From NCBI GenBank assembly GCA_950097015.1, contig CATNEN010000037.1, forward strand, positions 4,402,001-4,466,000: a stretch of DNA of 64,000 bases, in the 5' to 3' direction. This DNA is from Macrostomum hystrix (lineage: Eukaryota > Animalia > Platyhelminthes). The notes beneath the pieces are model-generated. The model was not told where the DNA came from and did not search any database. It was given only the letters and a program-made list of their open reading frames with translations. Shown here in pieces: positions 13,501-21,772 of this stretch. A program made the translations under genes and the position numbers. Each line of letters opens with the position of its first letter. Within the stretch, counting starts at the first letter, position 1.

Positions 13501-15665
13501 GAAGAGGCTCAAAGACAAGCCAGCTGATGTCACGCTGTTCACGGACGGATCCACGACTGATGACAAAAAAGGAGGTGCGGGATGGATCGCGTTTGACCAA
13601 GACAACAACGAAATCGGCAGCAGCTGCCAGCCAGCCGGAATCGAATGCTCCTCCACGCAAGCCGAATTGGTAGCCATAGACGACGCACTTAAATGGCTAG
13701 CCAGAACGGAGGGCTGGAACACAGCTACCATTGCGTGTGATAGCGCGGCAGCCTTGGCAACGATCGTCAGGCGGCGAGCGCGATGGAACGATCCGATTGC
13801 GACTAGCATTGCCCACAGCTGGAACAGCATTGGTAGAAAAATTAGCCTAGTGTGGGTCCCAGGACACTGCGGATTGCCGGGCAACGAGGCTGCGGACGCG
13901 CTAGCCAAAGAAGGCAGCTTGATGGACCAGGCAAACTCCCCATGGCAGTGGACGCACCAGGCGGCAACCAATGCCCTGCGCAGAACGCTGGCAGACCGCA
14001 CCTGGACGCACAAACGGTCCGAAGAAACTTACGGAGGGCGCAAGATCAACAGGCAGCAAATGGCCGGATGGACCAGGCGGGAGACCGTCGAGTACACCCG
14101 TCTCCGCACAGGCCACTCGCTACAGCTACGAGCGTACGCACACAGAGTCGGCTGGGATGACAGCCCCACCTGTCGCCTCTGCGCGAGGCAGGCGGAGGAC
14201 ATCGAACATATACTGCTGGACTGCCCGACGTTAGATAGCATCAGGCGCACCATTGGCATCACCGCGCTTGCGGATATGAGCAGCAGACCGGCGGAGTGTC
14301 GGATCATGCTGGAGGAGTTTGTACGCCGGACAATCGCCTGACAACGATGACTGCAGTACCGAGCCCACAACAACAACAACCCTGACATCCATGTCAGCAC
14401 CCTGACACCCATGTCAGCACCCTGACATCCATGACAGCACCCTGACATCCATGACAGCACCCTGACATCCATGCACTATTTAAGTCACCTGCGGATTGTA
14501 CTAAACAGCTTATTATGTACTCTAAATGAAAAATATTTATCTAATAAAACCGAACGCGATCCCTGTGTTAATTTCAGATTTCAAAAGCTTCTTTAAGCCC
14601 GAACACAGTTCAACCGAAGTTCCTTTCAAATTATTCTCGGAAGCTTCGCTTAAAATAACCTATAAGAATCTAAAAAAACTAAAGCTAAAGCAGAGACAGG
14701 CCAAGGGCGTGCATGTACATGATACGGCATAGTTAGATGTATATATGCGTATATACATACATTTATTATTTACGCAGCTCGGCATTAAAATTGCGCGCGC
14801 TGACGTCATTTTCAACACTGACATGGCCTGGATAAGGTCGGGAGGAGAATTTGGGTGGGGGGTGAAACCGCAACCAGAAGGCAGTGACGCATAGAGAGCG
14901 AGACGCAGAGTCACCCCCTCCCCAAGGTCGAGATTTAATGGTTCGGATACACGCTCTACGATTAAATCAAGCATTTTGCCCTACTCTCTGCATACATATA
15001 CACCATTTGATATCCGATCGATGACTAGCAGCTTATGGCCGCGTTTGCATTGGTCCTGGAATTGCTGGATAGAGGCATAGACCAACGCTTAGCTAAATTT
15101 CTATAAACCCATTTTTATGCTGAAGTTTCAGATTCAGGTATTGTAAAATGAACCTAGGCTTCAATAATTTAATCTTCTTGGCACCCAAAGGCACAAGTAA
15201 CGCTAGTTTAAGTTGTCTTTGCTACCAGATATTTTTACAGTTAGGATTTTTACCTTCAACTAGAAGATAACGTCAAGCGTCACTCGTTAGATGAAGATAA
15301 ATGTTAAAACTAAGTGGCTGTCACTCTTACCTTGCCTTGCTGTAGTCGCTTTTTAACTAGGCGAGAGCAGCAGACATTAATCGCACCGCGAATGCAGCTC
15401 GTGCTGAACTCAAGAAACGAGCGACAATCGATGAGCAAAAGCTACAAAAAAAATTGGAAGATTTAATAATATACAGTTTACTGACTCTACCATATGGTTA
15501 GTGGCTAATAAAAACTAGAATCATTAAATCTAGAAGAACATCTTAAGATTAAAAATTAGAGAAGTGAGTAAATTGCAGTAAATTGGTAAAACAAATTACC
15601 TGGAAGTTGCCATCCAGCAGTGCCACCAAGCTCTGTGGGGTGATGATTAATGACTGAGGGTCTCC
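1536..15665 (-). CDS. DUSP8/16: Dual-specificity MAP kinase phosphatase (rhodanese/CH2 + DSPc), DUSP8/DUSP16 type. Exons (minus): 15665-15600, 15441-15331, 7646-7367, 3973-3644, 2617-2494, 2397-1536
   Basis: Spliced translation GDPQSLIITPQSLVALLDGNFQ|LLLIDCRSFLEFSTSCIRGAINVCCSRLVKKRLQQGK|LSIDDL...VIVYDQ...VRLLQG|GFLCFSAGYPQHC...GPTQVLNFLFVGS...FQFL|ENVRETSGRCLVHCLAGISRSPTLSIAYIM...DAYK|[24 protein letters not shown]. Catalytic HCxxGxSR is intact. All junctions are GT-AG and phase-compatible. AATAAA on minus at 1283-1288. No initiator ATG in the first coding exon. Confidence 0.93.
2722..3597. repeat. ~28-bp G-rich minisatellite (GATCTGAGATCGGGTGGGTCAGTTTGGG) in DUSP intron
   Basis: Direct tandem repeats. 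Confidence 0.96.
4274..4495 (+). mobile_element. tRNA-derived SINE family A, degenerate internally deleted copy
   Basis: Shares CGCAGTCGC..GAGGGCCAACCT.CAAGG..AGTGAG.GTGTACA and CCTCGCTGGCTG motifs with the copies at 47168, 51201 and 56168. Confidence 0.7.
4558..4858 (-). CDS. Candidate alternative first coding exon of the DUSP (isoform lacking the rhodanese domain)
   Basis: ATG-initiated GC-rich ORF ending ...RKRRTCM-G|gtgaga. The phase-1 donor matches the phase-1 acceptor at 3973. An upstream polypyrimidine-AG lies at ~4901. Confidence 0.6.
5193..6389. promoter_or_regulatory. Candidate internal promoter/enhancer: X-box-like GTTGCCAGGGGCAAC (5193), TGACGCAA (5512), AP-1 TGACTCA (5668, 5822, 6383)
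   Basis: Motif matches directly upstream (minus strand) of the 4858 alternative exon. Confidence 0.35.
6560..6915. repeat. ~31-bp pyrimidine-rich minisatellite (CAATATCTTATCTCTCCCGTGTCTCATCCCC)
   Basis: Direct tandem repeats. Confidence 0.95.
7716..8510. repeat. 32-bp minisatellite (GAGGATCATTCACTCCCTTCACCCACTGTTTA) with recurring variant blocks
   Basis: Direct tandem repeats; variant CCCCGTATAAATTTGGTGAAGGGAGTGTAG recurs at ~7820, ~8090 and ~8480. Confidence 0.95.
9335..9382 (-). CDS. Candidate alternative first coding exon of the DUSP: MGASSSAQQQQQQLGP
   Basis: cccATGG start, 16 codons, then CCG|gtgact phase-0 donor matching the phase-0 acceptor at 7646. A strong polypyrimidine-AG lies ~40 nt upstream (~9421). 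Confidence 0.55.
11707..11941. repeat. 20-bp minisatellite (CAGCACCCTGACATCCATGA), left part
   Basis: Tandem repeats interrupted by the retrotransposon; resumes at 14379. Confidence 0.95.
11942..14380 (+). mobile_element. 5'-truncated non-LTR retrotransposon with RT + RNase H + C-terminal Cys/His motif (I-group-like)
   Basis: Begins abruptly upstream of KAPGPD with no APE domain or ORF1. ~40-nt 3'UTR ending (CAA)n. Apparent TSD ACCCTGACATCC (11930-11941 and 14379-14390), ambiguous because it lies in a tandem array. Confidence 0.92.
11951..14341 (+). CDS. Reverse transcriptase-RNase H (truncated ORF2 of the non-LTR element)
   Basis: 796-aa open frame: YRPICLTS, QAGFR, LDYAKAYD, GLPQGAVLSP, FADD; RNase H LFTDGS..AELVAI..CDS..WVPGHCGLPGNEAADALAK; CRLC..EDIEHILLDC. 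Confidence 0.93.
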   Translation: MGETIAALNDMDGTKAPGPDRIHPRLLKELPQCAIATFHRLFQRSWTETDVPQNWRKGEIIPLLKQGADPELIPSYRPICLTSAIGKWFERILANRLKFVLESRGLIIDEQAGFRSGRATTDQALLLSQAISDGFQIRLKTLLLTLDYAKAYDTVWRAGLLSKMHNLGIDARLIRWIQSWLANRRAWVRLGQETGAHVTMKQGLPQGAVLSPILFLVYINDVRSAIPGDVAFSLFADDLAIWSQGRSILEARRKLQAALDGVAKWSSRWLLRLNPDKCEIGVFSMNPNDASAAPEIYLNGKQLRVNPHQCFLGVTYDRCLTFAEHIRKCVQKARQRLHLLRRIGGPEWGMDDSTIRVAYLALIRPVLEYAAAAWMPWAAKSQIEKLERCQRAAARIITGALASTPAEALLAEAGLTTIASRGKLDALTRYDKYSRLEPETNRAKAARSNLQQRLRRPSWRDWCRGNWPANILQPTNTEGKNSIDLPPPPWSTNQPLELDRNSIHKLDNAQANRQEAEKRLKDKPADVTLFTDGSTTDDKKGGAGWIAFDQDNNEIGSSCQPAGIECSSTQAELVAIDDALKWLARTEGWNTATIACDSAAALATIVRRRARWNDPIATSIAHSWNSIGRKISLVWVPGHCGLPGNEAADALAKEGSLMDQANSPWQWTHQAATNALRRTLADRTWTHKRSEETYGGRKINRQQMAGWTRRETVEYTRLRTGHSLQLRAYAHRVGWDDSPTCRLCARQAEDIEHILLDCPTLDSIRRTIGITALADMSSRPAECRIMLEEFVRRTIA
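14379..14473. repeat. 20-bp minisatellite, right part (same unit as 11707-11941)
   Basis: Same unit resumes directly after the (CAA)n tail. Confidence 0.93.
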
Positions 15666-18600
15666 CTGAAATCATAGTAAAAGGCAAGAGACATTTTGTT
15701 TTAATGTAAGCTTCAAAATGCAATTAACAATTGTCTGACTAGGAAAACTACTGAAATAAATAAATAAATTATTATCCTAAAATTTTTTAAAGAGATTATT
15801 AAAACAAATGTTTTATATCAATGTTTGCATAAAATGTCTAATTAGAAATGAAGTTACAACAACATTATAAAAAGGTTAAGATTTAGTAATTAAAGTGTGC
15901 TTTGATACACATATATAACAAAAGCAAAATGATATAACAGAAAAATAGAAACATAAGAGCCAACTTAATATTTACGTTACAAAAAACTGACAAAAGTATT
16001 TGCAAGAAAAAATGATTTGAAAATTTCAAATTCTAAAAGAACTGAACTATTTTACACAATGTATTGCAGATAACTATTAGTTAATATGAAATATTTAGCT
16101 TTATTGCTAGTTTAAAATAAGAGGAAATTAAAAAAACAATAAACTATTTAGTCAAAATTAATCAAAGCTTTTTGTTTAAAAAATATTTTTAAGTAATTTA
16201 CCTATGAGGTACATTAAAAAGTTATCTGGTATGCCCTAAATATGGCATTGAGAAATTGGAACAAAAAACAAAGCTTAATCGGTAACAGTCATTAACCTTA
16301 AAAATGTTATTCATATGGTCCTTACACTTATGGGAATAAGGTACTTGGTCTCTGGTTCTAAAGATCAAACCTTTGGTATCCACACCACATTGTATACCAC
16401 AAATTAGTTAACCTAAAGGTGCTTCTTTATAGTTAAAAATATAAACACACTGTGACAAGTCAGGCTTAATGTGGCTGCTGGAGCACCTCCTAACCCTATC
16501 TGGTCAGAAGATCTATTACATTGTGCTTGTGATATGCTAGTACATTTCATGCAACAGGATCATACCAGATTCTATCAGGCCAAGACATAATACAAATTGC
16601 ATGACACAACTTCTCCTACAGGATCTACTAAGCTATTGTAGTCAAAATTCATAATGGATCAATAGGGCTTTACCTAGCTTAGCAAGACTCTATTAAGCAT
16701 AAAAATGATAGCATGGCCTTCAGAGCACCCTGCTTCTTCATTGCTTTAAGTAGCCTAGGAGAATTGGTTAGAAGCCTTTCAGTAAACAACTCGTACAACT
16801 TGCAAACCACCTGCTTAGTTTGCTCAGTTTGTACATTGCTGCTAAAAGCTTGCTAAAACTCTAAAACACAACAGTGGCATGGGCTTTTTCCATTGCAGAA
16901 ATTTGGGGAAATTACATTTCAAACAGTTGGTTTTGTGAATCATTATGTCAATACTATTTGTTTAATAGTTTAGCAAAAATAAAAAATCTAGCTCAGACAT
17001 AGTTGGAAACAAAGGCTTAAAATAATTAGAAAGGTTAGGCCATAGACCTAGCTTTTAGTGCCGAAAGAACATTAGTTTTGCTTGCAAATTTAGAGGTGAA
17101 ATCTAGAAGCATAAAAAAACTTTTTTGCATAATTTTTTTTACATATATTTAAATACAAAAGAAAGCAATATTTACATTAAATAATACAAATAAAAAACCA
17201 ACTGTTGTGTTGAAGTTTATTTCTACTTGTAATTATAAAGTAAAGGTGATAATACAATTATCATGTGATAAAGAGAAATCGCATGCCTAAATAGTGACAA
17301 AATGGTTAAAACGTAATAAAATTAATATAATAGGCTAGTTGATATTGCAGATTGGTTAGCATTCGACAGATTAGCACTTCCATTTAAAAATTTCTAAATC
17401 AGTTTCTATATAATATAAATTACAGCATTTAGTAGTCTTACAAAAGCTGCCTAGCTGATTGACTTAAGTGTTAGTTAATCGCCTAATTAGTGGAATAGGC
17501 ATCATGACCAAATAAATATTAAACTACCAAAAGTCATTATAAAGCCAGCCTTCGGCCCAGCTAGCTAAGCTTTTTTAGAAATCGAAAAATATCGTAAAAT
17601 TTTTAAAATTTATCGTAGGAGTAAAAAAGTATAGCAAACTTTAGTAGCAAAAAACTCATGCTAGAATAAAAAAATTAAAATGTAAGATGAAGAGCTTAAA
17701 AAATATTTTAATATCTTTTTTACTTTACGTTGACTAAAAAAGTCCTACAACTGATCTTCTAATACCTAAATCTGTGTATGTTTCTGCCTATGTCTGTCTG
17801 TCTGTCTGTCTGTCTGTCCGTATGTTTCACGTTTTAAGCTGAATGCCTGGACCATTTTCAACCGGATTTGTTGAATTCGATTCGAAATTTTCAGCCGGTG
17901 GTGTGGCTTAAAATTGGTTGAATTCTGTTTATATTAAGACTGTTAAATTGACAGAAAACTGTATTTTTTGCAAAGTTCATTCAAGTTCAAACATGCTCGG
18001 CTGCTCTGGCTTGCTAAAAGTGTTCATTTCATTAGATTGCATCAGCAGTGCCCAAGTTCAATTTACTCTCTTACCCTCTTTTCTGCATAGGCTAAAAAAT
18101 CCATGCGCATCAATGTGCGTGTGGACCTTTCCTGCCGGCCAAATGAATTGCCCAGTGCTAAATGTGCATATCGTGTGTATTTGTGGGTCCCGCTTACCCT
18201 GGCTGGCTGAATTATTCATTGCTAGCCTAGACGCACTAAAATGTACACTTCTTAGCTAGCTAGCAGTGAGAGATTCAAACATAAATATGCAGATTTTTGT
18301 GCCCTCACATCAACGGTCGGATAGCCAGCTGGTAGGCACTTAGGCTAGGTTAGGCTAGGATTCCCCGGCTCGAGTCCCCAGTGCGGCTGGCAAATTAATT
18401 GTCTTAATGGATGCCACCTGCTACTTTCAGTAACAGTCAGTGTGCTAAGTAACCTTTTTTCTTTTGTATGTTTCACGTATGTTTCACGTTTTTAAGCTGA
18501 ATGCTAAATGAGATTATCGCTTACATTTGCGATTGGCTGCTGCATTCAATACAGAAATTTCTGTATTGACAGGGTACAGTTTGTACAGGTACAAAGGCGA

Positions 18601-18764
18601 ATGTACAAATCAGGAGTACATATGCAACAGATATTGATTTAAAGGTATGAGAGCTGCATGGTTTGTTTCTTCAAATTTATTCACCCATCGCTTTGTCTAT
18701 AAAAAGCATTTCGTATATCTGAACACTTTTATCGGATTTTTGTCTTCATTGTCTAAGCAAAGTA

Positions 18765-18950
18765 ATGCCTAAGCGCAAGAGCTTTCTCCAAAAGAGCCGC
18801 CAAGCGAAGCAGCATCGCCGTGCTGAAACAGACGATGAAAGAGAAGAGCGTCTTCGGAAGAATCGTGAGTATGCACGTAGGCGTCGAGAGGAGGAAAATG
18901 AATCGAGTCGAGTGGCTCGTATATATGAATGGTTGCTTGCTTGTAATTGA
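18765..18950 (+). pseudogene. Remnant resembling the charged N-terminus of Helitron Rep/Hel proteins
   Basis: MPKRKSFLQKSRQAKQHRRAETDDEREERLRKNREYARRRREEE, then an abrupt junction into non-coding Helitron sequence. Confidence 0.5.
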
Positions 18951-19479
18951 TTTTCTCCCGAACGGCTCAACCGATTTTCACCATTTCTTCACCAAAATAT
19001 GCCAAATATGGGCAGAATTTTACACGTATTTTTAATAAGCTTAACTTCATTGTTAAGGGGATTAAATATTCGAAAAACTGTTTTAGATAGGATTTTTAAT
19101 GCATTTCATCAGAGCCAGTTTTGTCAACGTGCATTCCACTGCCAATTTTAATGATTGCATCAGGGCCAGTTTTGTTAATAGTGAGTACATTTAATGATTG
19201 CATCAGGGCCAGTTTTGTTAATAGTGAGTACACTGATAAGAATTTCACTGTGTCAAATGTACATAGCTATGTCAACCCCACTGGCGAGACAGTCAGTGCC
19301 AATTTATAAATAGATTACATCACAGCTTTTCTCACCCGTGTGTGTGATTTGAATAGGTAAAATGTGCATAGCAGACTTCAATTCAACGATATATTGAGAC
19401 ATCTACTACTTTCTTACTACAACATATAAATCATCAAATCTTTAACAAAATTTCAATCGAGAAAAGTGTCCAACAGTTT

Positions 19480-20740
19480 TTTAAATGTCCAACAGTTTTT
19501 TTAATGTCCTACAGTTTTCTACATGTGTTTACCAGTATTCTAAATGTGTTTACCCGTATTCTAAATGTGTTTACCCGTATTCTAAACGTGTTTACCAGTA
19601 TTCTAAAAGTGTTTACCAGTATTCTAAATATGTTTACCAGTATTCTAAAAGTGATTTGAATAGGTAAAATGTGCATAGCAGACTTCAATTCAACGATATA
19701 TTGAGACATCTACTACTTTCTTACTACAACATATAAATCATCAAATCTTTAACAAAATTTCAATCGAGAAAAGTGTCCAACAGTTTTTTAAATGTCCAAC
19801 AGTTTTTTTAATGTCCTACAGTTTTCTACATGTGTTTACCAGTATTCTAAATGTGTTTACCCGTATTCTAAATGTGTTTACCCGTATTCTAAACGTGTTT
19901 ACCAGTATTCTAAAAGTGTTTACCAGTATTCTAAATATGTTTACCAGTATTCTAAAAGTGTTTATCAGTATTCTAAATGTTTTTACCAGTATTCTAAATG
20001 TGTTTACCAGTATTCTAAAAGTGTTTACCAGTATTCTAAAAGTGTTTACCAGTATTCTAAATTTGTTATACAGTATACTAAACATGTTTAACAGTTCTCT
20101 AAATGTGTTTACCAGTATTCTAAAAGTGTTTACCAGTATTCTAAATTTGTTATACAGTATTCTAAACATGTTTAACAGTTTTCTAAATGTGTTTACCAGT
20201 TTTCTAAATGTGTTTTAAACCGTTTTCTATATGTGTATAACAGTTTTCTAAAACTGGGTCTCTAAATGTTTTCTAAATGTGTATAATTCTAAACGTGTTT
20301 AACAGTTTTCTAAAAGTGTTTAACAGTGTTCTAAATGTGTTTACCAGTTTTTAAAATGTGTTTTACAGTTCTTAAAATGTGTTTTTATAACTGTTTTCTA
20401 AATGTTCTCTGACGCCACATTGGTTCTCTGCTGGGTATAGTATTCTCATGTACATTAGTACCCTAACCCGCTTTTTTACCAGTTTTCTAAATGTGTTTAC
20501 CAGTATTCTAAATGTGTTTACCAGTTTTCTAAATGTGTTTACCAGTATTCTAAATGTGTTTAACAGTTTTCTAAATATTTTATCAGTTTTCTAAACGTGT
20601 TTATCAGTTTTCTAATTGTGTTTAACAGTTTTCTAAATGTGTCCAATAGTTTTCTAAAAGTGTTTAACCGTTTTTTAAATGTGTTTAACGGCTTTCTAAA
20701 TGTGTTTAACATTTTTCTAAATGTGTTTAACATTTTTCTA
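19480..20740. repeat. 21-bp AT-rich minisatellite (GTGTTTACCAGTATTCTAAAT) inside the Helitron, with a 307-bp block duplication
   Basis: Tandem repeats; ~19347-19653 is duplicated at ~19654-19960. Confidence 0.93.
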
Positions 20741-20759
20741 AACAAAAAGCAACAAATAA

Positions 20760-21125
20760 GGGGAATTAGGGGGGAATTAGTTCTCTGCTGCTGGGGGGAA
20801 TTAGGGGGGAATTAGTTCTCTGCTGCTGGGGCGGAATTAGGGGGGAATTAGTTCTCTGCTGCTTAGGGGAATTAGGGGGGAATTAATTCTCTGCTGCTGA
20901 GGGGAATTAGGGGGGAATTAGTTCTATGCTGCTTGGGGGAATTAGGGGGGAATTAGTTCTCTGCTGCTGGGGCGGAATTGGGGGGGAATTAGTTCTCTGC
21001 TGCTGGGGCGGAATTAGGGGGGAATTAGTTCTCTGCTGCTGGGGCGGAATTAGGGGGGAATTAATTCTCTGCTGCTGAGGGGAATTAGGGGGAAATTAGT
21101 TCTCTGCAGCTGGGGGACATTAGTT
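20760..21125. repeat. ~35-bp minisatellite (GGGGAATTAGGGGGGAATTAGTTCTCTGCTGCT) inside the Helitron
   Basis: Tandem repeats. Confidence 0.93.
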
Positions 21126-21772
21126 TTTTATTGCTGAGGGGATAGTATTCACTTGTACCTCAGTAGCATTATTACTGACGAAATGAGTTTTCGTTTTTGT
21201 TTGCTTTTAGGTGTGTTTTGTCCTTCTGCATTGCACAAGATTTTTTTGTCTGACCAGTATAGTGCTCCCCGAAGGGGGGCAAAACAGGCTAGTTAATATA
21301 CTAAAAATAAAAATCTTGCTTGCTTGCTTGTAATTTATTATACTAAAGATATACAAAACACATATTCACCAAGAGCTGTAAGAGTTCCATCCTTTAATTA
21401 TTTATTAGGCTGCCATTCGAAAAATATTTGCGTTTTGTAAAATATATGCAGGACCTGTGGGATCTTTGATCGAAAGAAGTTGAACTTTTGAGTTTGAGTT
21501 TGAGTTTGAGTTAGAGTTGGAGTTTGAGGCTTTGAGTGGACTGTCGTTAAATTCTCATTTTCGTGCATTTTTTCAACTTTGCCTTTTTCTTAGAAACAAA
21601 GTTGTTTCAGTTAATTATATTACTTTATTAGTTTTGATCCATCTTAAAATTATTTTTTTTGTCTTAAAGCGTGCCATTTAAATTTTTGTCTTGCTTTTTA
21701 CTATCTTCACCAAAGATTAAGTGTAAGGAAGTTGATAAATAAGAAGCGAGCTGAAGTCAGCGACAAATAACT

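Larger units (their letters stand above)
17755..21292 (+). mobile_element. Non-autonomous (probably composite) Helitron
   Basis: 5' A|TCTTCTAATAC followed by (TGTC)n and a DINE/HINE-like AACGGCTCAACCGATTTT motif. 3' hairpin GCTCCCC-GAA-GGGGGGC (21264-21280) followed by CTAG|T at 21289-21293. Confidence 0.8.

Noticed and set aside
12475-14472. Antisense and alternate-frame ORFs in the retrotransposon
   Set aside because: Shadow ORFs of a GC-rich coding strand.
16400-16880. Protein-like minus-strand reading frames upstream of the DUSP
   Set aside because: Interrupted by stops with no recognisable motif; candidate ATG exons are phase 1 or 2 and do not match the phase-0 acceptor.
19485-20815. 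YQYSK / FRILVNT repeat ORFs
   Set aside because: Artefacts of the 21-bp array inside the Helitron.
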